DNA of 63,954 bases, the filler included, from Klebsormidium nitens (lineage: Eukaryota; Plantae; Klebsormidiophyceae), in NCBI GenBank assembly GCA_000708835.1. It is 5 parts of 5 records of this genome, joined end to end, with 100 filler letters (N's around TTAATTAATTAA, not from the genome) between each part and the next. Parts side by side here need not be neighbours in the genome. Positions count along the whole stretch, not along the records: positions 38,603 to 50,539 come from DF238131.1; positions 50,640 to 62,509 come from DF238112.1; 3 more parts are not named here. One strand, given 5' to 3'. A program made the translations under genes and the position numbers. The notes beneath the pieces were generated by a model. That model searched no databases, was not told where the DNA came from, and worked only from the letters and a program-made list of their open reading frames with translations. Below are positions 44,816 to 56,623 of the stretch, in pieces. Position 1 is the first letter of the stretch, and the number at the start of each line of letters is the position of its first letter.

Positions 44816-46983
44816 CTACGGAGTCTCCTCGGCAGAACTCTCTAGGCGTGCAAGTCGCTCTCGATATTGCGCCAGCTCCGTAGTGTATCGCCCCTTGTCC
44901 TTCTGCGCCATCTCCTGGAACGGCTGTGGGGGAGAACGATGGCACCAAGTAAGAATGAGGCATCACAATTTTCATTTCGCCAATGTTCCTGGTTATGGTT
45001 CGAAGAGGTTTGAATTCTGGGGGCTTAGGGGCATCATTGACAGTTTTGCCTCCGCGATCGGAGGGTTTGCAGGCAACAGGAAAAAGGAGTAGGTGTTTGT
45101 AATCGTCCTATAATATTAACAGCTTGGATGCGGGGGATTGAAGTATGACACAAAGAAAACAACGGCAATGTAGAGGAACACAAATTACAGTGGCAGACGT
45201 CAGCAGCAGCAGTCCATCCAATGCCCCTGCGTCAACGCGTTTATGCAAAGACCAGGTGATCAATCCTTCCTCCATTCAAAACCCTCTTTCCAACAGAGCT
45301 TCGTACGGAGTCTACCCGAAATCCTACCATACCGGCCACCTTTTCAAAGATTCATAGTTCCGTACAAGAGAATTATGCCAACCCAAGCCGAGGACATTGT
45401 CTCCCACCTTGCGCTCCTCGGCGGTCATCTTCTTCCACTGCTCGCCAATCGCCGCGCTCCGCTCATGTTCATCTCTCTCCGGGTTGATCTCCAGATCCCT
45501 CACTCTCGCTTCACTAAAGAAGAAGTTGTAACACGTCCGCGCCAGCTTCGGCGCATTTCTGTCGCGCTTCAACTTCTCTTCCGCCACTTTTCTGGGGGGA
45601 TTTTTCATCACGACTTGGCCCCCCTCCAGCGCCAGCCTGGTGGTCATCACTGGGGGCGGGATGAAGGGGTAGCTCTGCTCTGGCGGGGGCGCATGGTACA
45701 GCACCCCGTGCAGCTTTTCTCGCCCGATTTGGACTTCAAGAAGATAACTCCGGTCGAACTTGGCCACGACTAAGGCTTGAACTGTTGTGCCAAGAACCTC
45801 CAGGGGCTCTGCGGAAGAGTGGGTATAAGGTAAAGGTAAAGTTGCACAGAACGTACGAATGGGGGCTGAAAGAGGTGGTGGAAGACAGGGAACCAGGCAT
45901 CAGGTCGTGGAAGAGCATGATTATGTCAATGAGAATCCCGGGTCCAGGCGAAGGGCGAAATGGGGTGAAAGACTTTTGGCAAAGTGTCGAGCACAAAAGA
46001 TGCTGAAACTTGAGAGATACATTTGAAAAATGGATTCTGAGGCTTGATGTGGAGCGTGTCTCTCCATAAATGGAAGGACTAAACGATCGCGAGATCAGAA
46101 AAAACAACAAGATCGTGGCTTGCCAATCACTTGACCAGCTGTCAGGTTGACAGGTCAATCTTGCGCAGAATCTGGTCGCGTGATTAAGAACGAACAGCAC
46201 CAAACCTTGATGACCAGTAGTTCCGCTGTAAGGGCTAAGTGGATGTGCACTAATGCCAATCTTGCTAAATATTGGGCACTTGGCAGAGTGAAGGAAGAAT
46301 CTTTGGTGGGTATGATGTCAACTTGAGAGTTCACAAGGTCAGTAGTATAACAGCCAAAGCTGTTCGTTCGTGCGCGCGATAATTGTAATGGCACCATCAG
46401 TTCCCCACTAGCTGGTGTTGACTAATGAAGCACAGCCCTCCAGTTCCTTCCATTTTTCCGAATCACATGTTTGAGGTACAGATCGAGTCCCTTCTTAGAT
46501 AGAACCTGAGCATAGGCAGCCTTTTGTGAAGGCCAGTGAAATCCAACCTGAGACCTCTACTTTACATTTACTGTTGGTAGAACGCGGCTACCGAAGGCTC
46601 ACTGAAGCTGACTAGGAGAGTAGAAGGATTGCCAGCTCCCTCATAATCAGCTACATTGGAATCTGCTTCTCTTTGCACGACGTCAATAGCTGTCCAGCTT
46701 ATTTGCCTCTGTCTAACCACCAAGCTCTTGATCTAAAAGGGCCTAAATGGTCTGTTTCGCTTAGTGTACTCACCAATGCTTGGGATGACACACAGCGGCT
46801 CACCTAGTTCGGGAAGGTCCTCCTCTTTCACCCCCTCCAGTCGTTTCTTGATCCTCTTAAGGCCAGGCCCCTCCCAGGCTTCAAGCTCCTCACTCTTTCT
46901 AGAGAGGGGGTTCGCTTTTCGCTTCTTATCCTCACTAGATGGTGACTCAGCAACAGCATTGCTTTGAGCACGAGAAGGGCCAT
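44816..46983 (-). CDS. HMG-box protein resembling the C-terminal half of plant ARID-HMG proteins; 5' exons not located
   Basis: Phase-consistent exons 46804-46983, 45408-45808 and 44816-44923. Motifs VQALVVAKFDRSYLLEVQIGREKLHGVLYH, RNAPKLARTCYNFFF...IGEQWKKMTAEERK|PFQEMAQKDKGRYTTELAQY. Confidence 0.82.
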
Positions 46984-49917
46984 CTGCATTGCAAAACAGA
47001 GTCTCTGGTTGGCAGCTCTTTGTCCAGGCAATGGCACTTGCCTGATGCTTGAAGAAGACCCATAGCTACAATTCTCCGCTTCGGGGAATGAGACCAAGTT
47101 TTGTCAATCTCCTAGCTGCTGATTCCCTCAGCAAGAGGCAGTCTCAAAAGCTTCTGGTCCAGAGTTCGAGACAAGGAGAAAGTTGAGTGGCCTTCTCATG
47201 GCTGATATGACAATGCATGAGACACCAATGCTGCTGCATCCTTCAATAATCTAAAAATTCATCATTGTTCCGCTCATCCCAGAAAAGACTATGTGCTGCA
47301 ACAAATACTGGTCGATTCCTCAGACCACTTACTAAGCTTTGCAAGGCGCTACAAGATTTTGCTGTGACTAGTCATGAATTACCACCTCCTTGAACAGTGT
47401 GTTCCATGTTCTGTTTTATCATCTTCGCAATCCAAAAGGAAACTATCTGACGTGCACTCACCACCGATGTTGTCAGTAGGGCTTGCCTCATTGGGGGTCA
47501 TTCCGTCAGACATAGTTGAGCAGTATAATCCTTCCTTCAGCCTCACCTCAACCTCAAGCTTCTACTACCTTTCAAAGATTTGCAAGACGTTATTCACTTT
47601 CAAGAGCTGCTTGCCCTTGTTTCAAGACCAGAGATGACTGTGTCAACCCTGTCCCTTGCCCTCAAAGGGTAGCGTTTGGTTGCCTGAGCTCAAACACCAC
47701 CTTTGCAGCCAGCCTGCTGCAATGCTGTCCTCTGTCCAAACCACTTTCAACATGGCTCTTCTGGGCTCAGAGACGCCAACGCAGACGGACTTTGAACTAC
47801 TGAAGGGGATGTAATCCCAGTTGCAGTGGTGGGTGAGCTGCACATTTGCTGCACATGGTAGAGCTGCAAGGTGCTGGCAGGCTATACGGTACCGCAATGT
47901 TGTACAACGTTGTAGTCTTAGGGTACCGTCATTTTGTACCTGGTACCCCCCCATATTTAATTGGGGGGGGGGGCTCGAGGCCTCAGTGGTGACGCAGGGT
48001 AGAGGAGGGGGGGGGGCTTGGTGGCATTCTGAGATTCAGGGCCCCCCTGGGGGGACGGCTCGAGGCTTCCGAGCGGAGGGTCTTATGAGCGACGTTCACC
48101 AACATATCTTTGTGTTTGTCCCTCAAAATGAGCATCAAAAGTGTCAAAGGTGGTTCGCAAACTTCAAAGAGCTGCCCTGCGGGGCTAACTACCGTACCAC
48201 GCGGAAAGCCGGATCTTCAAAACAGGGTAACCGCATGGTATTTTGTGGCTCTTGGGATGATATCAATGCATATCAATCAACACGTTTTGATTGAATGGTG
48301 TGTGAATGGTACAAGAATGGTAGCCACCGGGCAGCCTCTGGGCTTTGAGGGCCTTCACAAATGCCCGGTAGATGAAATTTTTCTTAATCGGCGATTCGCT
48401 CAAATGCTCGAGTCATGCTCGTATGAGTAGCCAGCTATCAACATATGAGAGCACTGGAAAAGTGGAATCTCTTCAGATCAAACCTCCCGCCCTGGGAATT
48501 TCGGGAAGTGTCAAAGGTTAACTGAGAAACAGCCATATGATCAGCAGTCACTCAAACTTACCAACTTGGGTCAACTCAGTAACCGTCCGAATCGAATGGT
48601 ACACCATTCAGATTATTCACCCCGGTGGATTGAGTTGGTACAATTCACCATGCGGTTACCCTGCTTCAAAATGGNNNNNNNNNNNNNNNNNNNNNNNNNN
48701 NNNNNNNNNNNNNNNNNNNNNNNNNNNNNNNNNNNNNNNNNNNNNNNNNNNNNNNNNNNNNNNNNNNNNNNNNNNNNNNNNNNNNNNNNNNNNNNNNNNN
48801 NNNNNNNNNNNNNNNNNNNNNNNNNNNNNNNNNNNNNNNNNNNNNNNNNNNNNNNNNNNNNNNNNNNNNNNNNNNNNNNNNNNNNNNNNNNNNNNNNNNN
48901 NNNNNNNNNNNNNNNNNNNNNNNNNNNNNNNNNNNNNNNNNNNNNNNNNNNNNNNNNNNNNNNNNNNNNNNNNNNNNNNNNNNNNNNNNNNNNNNNNNNN
49001 NNNNNNNNNNNNNNNNNNNNNNNNNNNNNNNNNNNNNNNNNNNNNNNNNNNNNNNNNNNNNNNNNNNNNNNNNNNNNNNNNNNNNNNNNNNNNNNNNNNN
49101 NNNNNNNNNNNNNNNNNNNNNNNNNNNNNNNNNNNNNNNNNNNNNNNNNNNNNNNNNNNNNNNNNNNNNNNNNNNNNNNNNNNNNNNNNNNNNNNNNNNN
49201 NNNNNNNNNNNNNNNNNNNNNNNNNNNNNNNNNNNNNNNNNNNNNNNNNNNNNNNNNNNNNNNNNNNNNNNNNNNNNNNNNNNNNNNNNNNNNNNNNNNN
49301 NNNNNNNNNNNNNNNNNNNNNNNNNNNNNNNNNNNNNNNNNNNNNNNNNNNNNNNTTCGAGTACCGGGCACTTTTGAGAATATCGGCGGTTGAAAATTGA
49401 TTTGAGGTAAACGATGCAAGATCGGACGGAAGCGGGATACAGATGGATGTTTTTGCAATCGGGCGTTCCGCGTGTAACGATTGTCCGGTTGGGCAAATTT
49501 TTGCCCAATAATTAATTCCGTATGCTATGGAATTTGGGCAGCTTCATTTTACTAGTTTATTTCGTTTTCGGACGGGGCAAAATGACCTGCAGATTTGAAA
49601 TTCGAATTTATTTTACATTCAAATTTTTGAGCAAGTTGAAATATATTTAATTGTTGCCCAATCGGACAATCGGTTGTAGTGCCCCGTGACCGCCACTTAG
49701 CGGTCAGCACCACCGGTAACGAGTACAGTTAGTCCGCGAGTGAGCGCGCGAAGTGACACTTAGCGCGGCCGCCGCGAGTGTGTCAGAGTAAATGGGCTTC
49801 AGGCGTTGACGGCAGCGATGGAGACCACCAGTCCGTAGAGTCGTCCGATAGATTCGAATAGCTTAGAACCACTCGTAGAAAGATACGCTGGTTCGTAATT
49901 GGTCGAGACAAAGTGTC

Positions 49918-50295
49918 GGCCCCGGAACATGGAATACTTGACCCCCCGTATTCTGTATTCCAAGGTTTCAAAAAGGCAGTATTCCGGATTCCAGGGTGCT
50001 CAAGTATTCTGTATTCCGTTTCGCAAATGTGACTTTTGACATTTTGAAAGGTACGTAAGGAGTGCGCTTGTTGCGTGTGTCCTTTTACAATCTTTTTTTG
50101 TTCGAAGCATGCTTTTGGATGTCTTTTTACGTCAAAGTCAAGTATTTTGCCATTGTTTGCCACTTGTTGTGTAGTATGCTCGGAAAAGCCTTGTATTCTG
50201 TATTCTAGTATTCCAAGGCCCAAATTTGGGTATTCCGGATTCTTCCGCTTCCAGAAATGAGTATTCCATATTCCGATATTCCATGTTCCGGGGCC
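49918..50295. mobile_element. 378-bp MITE with perfect 19-bp TIRs
   Basis: ggccccggaacatggaata (49918-49936) and tattccatgttccggggcc (50277-50295), with many internal gtattc(c) motifs. TSD not clear (right flank taa, left flank gtc). Confidence 0.8.
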
Positions 50296-51117
50296 TAAAA
50301 GTGGTGTCCCGTAGACTTCGCGTTTTAGAGCAACACTTTGTAAAGATCTGGAGGCTAGCGAGGAAGATGATCGAGTAGACCTCGCGAGGCATTGACTTGA
50401 GTAGACACAATTGAACTTGTTGCTTGTTTGATTGCTTGTTTGAGAGGCGCTTGCTTCTGGTAGCGTTTTGGTTTGAGACACTTGTCTCCGTAGCGTTTGG
50501 CTGGTGTTTCTGCCAGTATTGCACAGGTGTAAGATTGTTNNNNNNNNNNNNNNNNNNNNNNNNNNNNNNNNNNNNNNNNNNNNTTAATTAATTAANNNNN
50601 NNNNNNNNNNNNNNNNNNNNNNNNNNNNNNNNNNNNNNNTGGACCAACGGGGACTCCCCCCCTCCCCGCCAGCCGTAAGACTACCTACAGAGGGGAGGGG
50701 ACCATCCTGTTTGACTGCTTAGCATCTGGGTTTGGTTTCCTCTAGCAAGTCACGTCATCCAAGTACACTTGAGGGGGCTTGTGCAAGGCGTGATCACGAA
50801 GGCATCGACTTGTGCCAAGCAATAACAATACCAATAAGCCAAACAGTGTGTTGGCCGAAAAGGAAAGCAGGAAGGCAGCCTTCACTCAGCAAAGTACGTT
50901 GTGGGTTGGAGCAAGATGCCACGCAGCAGCACTGTAGGATCAGGGTCGCTTACATGTCATTGGCGTTCCTTTTGACGTTGACGTCTGGGCCCGCCTGCAA
51001 AGCGTATGAGAACACGGTTTATGTCTTCATCCCTTTCGCCAGATTCATTGACGACAGTAACACCAAGCCTAACTTCCTCTGAGCGTGACCCACGACGAAG
51101 ACAGTCCATTGGTGTTG

Positions 51118-52959
51118 ATGGCGCTTCCTCAATCTTTCAGAAAGGTGCAAGTACAGCACTGTTCGAATGCAGTGTGGTTATTGCTTATGGCAAGTTCTTC
51201 GATCCTCCTACCAGTTGCTCATGCGCATTGTACTGGAAGCCCGGGAGGTTGCCCTACTTCTTGCACCACCAAAAGGGGATGCTATTACATATCAAATAAG
51301 TAAGGCTTGTTCAATCCTGGTTGTCAAAACGAAAAATTGCGCGGACAGGACAAGTGTATCATTTTTAGCATCATGCGTTCCTCATGGGCTGTCTGAAGTG
51401 ACAACCAAGTTGATGAAGATCAAGTTGGTCCTTGCTTGCAACTGGACTTTATCAGACCAGACTTTCTCTTGAGTGCCCAAGTGTTGTTCAGGATGATTCT
51501 TGCCTTCGGTGTCTCATGTCTCCATCACATCTTATTCTTCGTCGATGCCATTGCTGTTGTTGGCATGCTTTGGTAAGTTCTGGATCAGCTTTGGAAGCCA
51601 TTCTCACGTCTGCATTGGCGTGAAACGCTCCACATTGGTCATGTTTCATTTTACAGGTTGGGTGATCCATGTGGGGGCTCTCCTGCAGCATGCGGATCAA
51701 TGGGAAACCCATATGTTTGTGCCCAACATGGTTGCCAGTGGCAACAATCAAACAACTTACCAGCAACACCTCCCTCTCAGGGTCAATGTCAGGGGAATCC
51801 GACCAACAAGTTCTGTGTTGGGCTCTTTCCAAACAACACAGAACAATGCACTCCTACAAAAGCACAAGGATGCTATACTGGGTGTATCGCATTTGGAACA
51901 AGTGGATCATGCAGGTAAATTTCTGCCAGTTGCCAGTTGCCTAGGGTTTGTTTGACATTACATGCAGCATCTAAGTCACTGGAAACATCTCAAATGGATG
52001 TCCATAGTGTTGATTTGCTTACCTTCGTTTTGAATTCAATTGTAGGGCTTCATCCATATTAGTTCCCAAGTTGTTGCTTGCTATTGCACACGGACATTGT
52101 CATTAAACAATCTCCTCTTGCTATACTTCGCAGAGAGTACGGTTGCTTACCGCTGAACGGTCCTTTGGTTGGCATCCGTTGTTCAGACTACTTAAAGGCG
52201 GACTGTGGCACTGTGGATGGTTGTTTGTGGAACGAGCAAGCTCCCTATTTTTCAACCTATTACAACCCAAAAGTCTTGAAAGGCCAATGTCTTGGTTCTC
52301 CAAGTGTAACATGCAACAATGCGACCTTGTTTTGGCAAGCATATCTAAAAATTGGAGGAGGCAGTTCGGGAGGAGACTGCTCTGACATATTTGGCTGCGC
52401 GGTAGCCTGTCCAGCTAGAGCCAATCCCTGCAAGTAAGAGGCCCTCTTTTTCTTAAAACTTGAATAGATTCATGTTTTTGTTAGAACTGCGCTCAAACAA
52501 AGCCGTGGTTGTACACTAACAAAGTATCATATGAAGGAATTGCGAGCTGTTCAATTGGTTCCCTTTTCCTTGCAGCCAAGCACTCAGTATGTTTTCAATA
52601 GTATTCATGTTTCCTATGGGTGCTGGGTTTTTCTTGCCAAGGTTTGTGAAGCTCGTGCTATCCTTCATTTGTGGCTGTTGGCCTTGTGCAGCGCATATGT
52701 CAAGAACTCGACCTGCGAATTGTCTTATGGTACCACATATCCTCACTCTTGCGAGAGAGATTCGTTTGCCAATTGCGTTCCAGCCGAAGTCGCTCTTGAT
52801 TCTAGTGGATACAAAACGGGTGGGTACCCGGGATGTTATTGGATCTACGAAAGTCCTGCCGCCTCTCCAGCAGGTCCCGTTTCCAAAGCCGTGGAAACGT
52901 TTACAGCAAGATCGTACAAGTGTGTTATTCTGGCTCTACTTGCATTGTATATGGTTTGA
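51118..52959 (+). CDS. Cys-rich secreted, probably GPI-anchored surface protein (335 aa, 4 exons)
   Basis: Phase-consistent exons 51118-51299, 51657-51914, 52134-52433 and 52692-52959 (1008 nt). N-terminal hydrophobic segment (AVWLLLMASSSILLPVAHA), repeated GC-x-W/Y motifs and a C-terminal S/P/A spacer plus hydrophobic tail (CVILALLALYMV). Confidence 0.82.
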
Positions 52960-53537
52960 CATAACATAGGGCTGTCTGTGGTGTTTTAGGTTGTAGGGGT
53001 AGTCGGTTACCATCATAAACAATAAAATCCCAAAAGGTAGTCTAACAAAACGCTTCAAGCGCTACCTAATATGGAATATGTCCTCAGTCATGCTTTGTAT
53101 CTTCCTGAGGAGGATATGTTCACCGTTATCTCTTGCGCTGACCTGATGTAGAAAATGTTCGCCATCATTTCCTGCCATGGCCTGATTTGGAAGTTGTGCA
53201 GTGGACTCGATCTAATCATCTATGCTTTCTGCTCCATGTGCTGACTGTGTGTTTCGGCTATGAAAGTGGATCCTAAGAGTGAGTGTGTTGAGTAAGAGTG
53301 GGGGGGTTGGCTTCCGAAGCTGTTCATGAAGAGTACTAAAAAGGTACTAGGAATACTAGAATTTAACGCAACGCTGAACACATTATAACTCTCTTTACAT
53401 GACAATGATGTATGAAATGTTAGCAGGCAGATGCATACCTGCATATTGTCTTTTGTTACGAAACTTCTTAAGAACTGTTGAGTTCTTGTGCAGAAATGTA
53501 GCAAACTGCTCAAATGAGTGTCGATGCAAAACTGTAG

Positions 53538-54203
53538 CCCGTCGGATATTACAAGAATTGCGCCGATTTTAGGACCGCGATGCACCTGAAAGGGGATTTG
53601 GACGAAGTGAAGAACGATGCATGCATGTACGTGATGGAGCGCGTGTGGCCGGTGCCGCCACCGCTCATGGATATCGTCCGGGAAGCTTTTTTCCCCGAGG
53701 CCTTCAAAGACAACGAGCAGAGTTTCGTCTCACGATTGTACCTCGGGAAGCAGTGCGCGAAGACCAGGCGTTTCTTCAACCCCCTGAATTTTCCTCTCGA
53801 TGTGAAGAGGTTGGCCGCTCTGAACGTACCCGTATCGACCGCTAAAATTGCTCATGACATGGGCGCGATGCTCGCCAGAATTCACTTCAGTGCACGGAAT
53901 GACGGGCGGGACATCGAGTTCGTTCAAGGCGGGGACGCGTTCAATCCGCTGGCGGTGCCCGCCTTCTATTGCTTCGACTTCAACCAAGTACGACCATAGC
54001 AGACTCCCAATGACCTGGCAGACAGTTACCTGGCCAACGACCCCTACTATCCGAGACCGGGCCAGCCGTTGTGGAACGACTTTCGCATCGGTTACATCAC
54101 AGAGGCGTCGGCGGTCAGCGAGGAAGATGCAACAATAGCGGGACGAGTACTGGCGACCTTAGAGCAGCATGGCACAGTGGACAATGTCGTAAACAATGTA
54201 TAG
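53538..54203 (+). pseudogene. DUF3669-like (kinase-like fold, mostly fungal) coding block with one in-frame TAG
   Basis: YVMERVWP, SRLYLG, MGAMLARIHF, DGRDIEFV, FYCFDFNQVRP, then TAG (53997-53999), then in frame NDPYYPRPGQPLWNDFRIGY. Family assignment is from memory of motifs. Confidence 0.65.
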
Positions 54204-54331
54204 TTGGTCAGCGATAGGTAAATCGTATCATGTTTAGAACTTGTGCGCTGTCAATGATTGTCGAACCCGTGATGATCGGGTTGTTCCTAGAGTTCTGAAT
54301 AGAGAACTGTACGCGCGTTTCTACAATTGTT

Positions 54332-55657
54332 CTACATGTTTTCTTCTTCGAACCAGTCCACAACTGTCGGCCAAAACGAACCCGCAGCAACTACATCCTC
54401 CAGGCGCTTGGCATGATACTCAGTTGCCCGAACTTCGGCGCACAACGCTCGCGATCGGGCCTGATCCAGAGTCACCCCGTTCCCAGTCCAAAGCAGCCAC
54501 GCAAGGCACAGCTTCGCGGAAAGTACTTCGGGGTCCCCGGCGGCAATCTCATAAAGACGCGCCGCCTCCGCAAAGTCGCGGGGTAATCCTCCCAGCCCTT
54601 CGGCGTACATCTCGGCGAGGTTGGACTGCGCGGTTGCGTTTCCTTGGGCGGCGGCCTTGCGGTACCATGCGACGGCCTGCTTCACGTCCTTCGCGACGCC
54701 CTCGCCCTTGGCGTAGCAGATGCCCAGGCTGCACTGCGCGGCCGCGTCACCCTGGTCGGCGGCCTTGCGGTACCACGAGACGGCCTGCTTTACGTCCTTC
54801 GCGACGCCATCGCCCGACCTGTAGTACACGCCGATGCAGTACTGCGCGCACGCGTTACCCTGGTCTGCGGCCTTGCGAAACCACGTAACGGCCTGCTCTG
54901 CGTCCTTTACGCCCCACTCACCGTTGAAGTATCCCAAACCGACGTTTAACTGGGCCACGGCGTGACCCTCGTCGGCGGCCTTGCGGTACAACGCGACAGC
55001 CCGGTTCAAGTCCTTTGGGACACCCTCGCCCTTGACGTAGCACCCGCCGAGGTTGTTCTGCGCGTCTGCGTCACCCCGGTCGGCGGCCTTGCGGAACCAC
55101 GCAACGGCCTGCTGATGGTCCTTCTGTATCCCCGTGCCAAGATGGTAGCACTCGCCGAGGTTGTTCTGCGCCTCTGCGCAACCCTGTTCGGCGGCCTTGC
55201 GGAACCACGCAACGGCCTGCTGATGGTCCTTCTGTATCCCCGTGCCAAGATGGTAGCACTCGCCGAGGTTGTTCTGCGCCTCTGCGTGACCACCTTCGGC
55301 GGCCTTACGGTACCATCGTACCGCGACAGCCCGGCTTTCGATTTTGCCTTCGAGTAGGTAACACGCCTCTCCGCCATTGTCGTAGCAGGTGCCGAGTAGG
55401 TAAGACGCCTCTCTTTGCAACGGCAAGTCACTAAAGGAACGGAAATCCTCGTCGGACGCGGCACGGATCAACCAGTCAATTGCCAGCTCCCTGTTCTGAC
55501 GGACGCCTTTGCCGTCGATATAGCGGATGCCTAGTTCGAGCGCTGCGCTCTTCCTACCACGATTGGCGCTCCGAACGAGCCTCGCAATGTCCACGTACTC
55601 ATTGTCGCCACGCTGACAACGAAAGGACGCGCAGATGGTTTTGAGCACTATCGCCAT
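54332..55657 (-). CDS. Sel1-like repeat (SLR) protein, 441 aa in one long exon
   Basis: About 9 repeats of the AQxxLGxxYxxGxGVxKDxxxAxxWxRKAAxQG type in an uninterrupted GC-rich ORF. Confidence 0.92.
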   Translation of the reverse strand: MAIVLKTICASFRCQRGDNEYVDIARLVRSANRGRKSAALELGIRYIDGKGVRQNRELAIDWLIRAASDEDFRSFSDLPLQREASYLLGTCYDNGGEACYLLEGKIESRAVAVRWYRKAAEGGHAEAQNNLGECYHLGTGIQKDHQQAVAWFRKAAEQGCAEAQNNLGECYHLGTGIQKDHQQAVAWFRKAADRGDADAQNNLGGCYVKGEGVPKDLNRAVALYRKAADEGHAVAQLNVGLGYFNGEWGVKDAEQAVTWFRKAADQGNACAQYCIGVYYRSGDGVAKDVKQAVSWYRKAADQGDAAAQCSLGICYAKGEGVAKDVKQAVAWYRKAAAQGNATAQSNLAEMYAEGLGGLPRDFAEAARLYEIAAGDPEVLSAKLCLAWLLWTGNGVTLDQARSRALCAEVRATEYHAKRLEDVVAAGSFWPTVVDWFEEENM

Positions 55658-55710
55658 ACCTGAGATCGTTTTACAATCGAAAATGCCGTTTGAAATGGTT
55701 TTTTAGTGCG

Positions 55711-55935
55711 ACTAGGGTTGGCCGCGGTAACAGGAAAGTTGATAAACATTGTAGGTTACCCAATTCATGTCAAGTGCGCGGAAGCTTCTTGGAAGCTGCT
55801 CAGAAGCTAGGGGGAGTGACCCAAGGGGGCGATAAGTTGCCATGAGATCAGGGGGAGTGACCCAAGGGGGCAATCAGTTGCCAGCAAATTTCCCCGGTAC
55901 GCAGTTTTGAGTGGCACTAGGGTTGGCCGCCGTAC
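55711..55935. repeat. Nested direct repeats upstream of the Sel1 ORF
   Basis: actagggttggccgc at ~55711 and ~55917, flanking two copies of gggggagtgacccaagggggc.at.agttgcca (~55810, ~55851). Confidence 0.7.
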
Positions 55936-56623
55936 CGTACCGCCGCTCTCAATTCGCACCAACCTGTTTTTCATAATTATTTTTATTCAATTTTTCTTTT
56001 CGCACTTGGGTTCTGGTAAATATTTTTCGTGTTTAGAGTTTTCGCACTTCGGGTCGGGTTTTTCCGGGCCTGGCGCTCGGCCCGACGGGCCGAAGCCGCG
56101 CGCACCGCTTCCCCGCCGGCCGGGCGCTGGCACTGCGCGGCATAACACCTGATGAGACGAAGACCTGTCCGTTCAGATTGGGTTAGTTCGTTCCGCTCAA
56201 ACGGAACATGTCACGAGATTCTTGGAAGATCTTGCGCCGCATCGACCATCCACTAAAGTCAAACATAAATCTCTAAGGGTACCCAAAAGCTTTGGGGATT
56301 TAGCTTTCGTCCGACTCGTCCGTCCGTTCCGGTCTCGTTTGAACTTGCGAACCAGGAACGTAAAGCCTTAACGATCGAGGCATGCCTGTGTCAAACTCAC
56401 TGCATGCAGCTGGCATCTTCTTGCACTGCCCCGTAAAATTCTCATCTCCAGACGTGTGGTGGTCACACTCTCTTCACTCTTTCATTGCGTTCTATCTTCA
56501 GGAAGGAGCAGAGACCTCTCCAGATGAGAAATAGCAAACGCGCGCGTTGGGCGGAGAGAAGCTGCACCCATCCGCAGGAAGCGTTGGAAAGAAGCTAGGG
56601 CGGAGTCCCTGCGCTGCCCAAAC

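Noticed and set aside
50954-51003. Alternative first exon MSLAFLLTLTSGPACKAYENT for the Cys-rich gene
   Set aside because: The ATG at 51118 already gives a signal-like leader and a phase-consistent model, and I found no convincing splice path from the upstream segment.
54241-55464. Plus-strand ORFs overlapping the Sel1 gene
   Set aside because: Antisense shadows of a GC-rich repetitive CDS.
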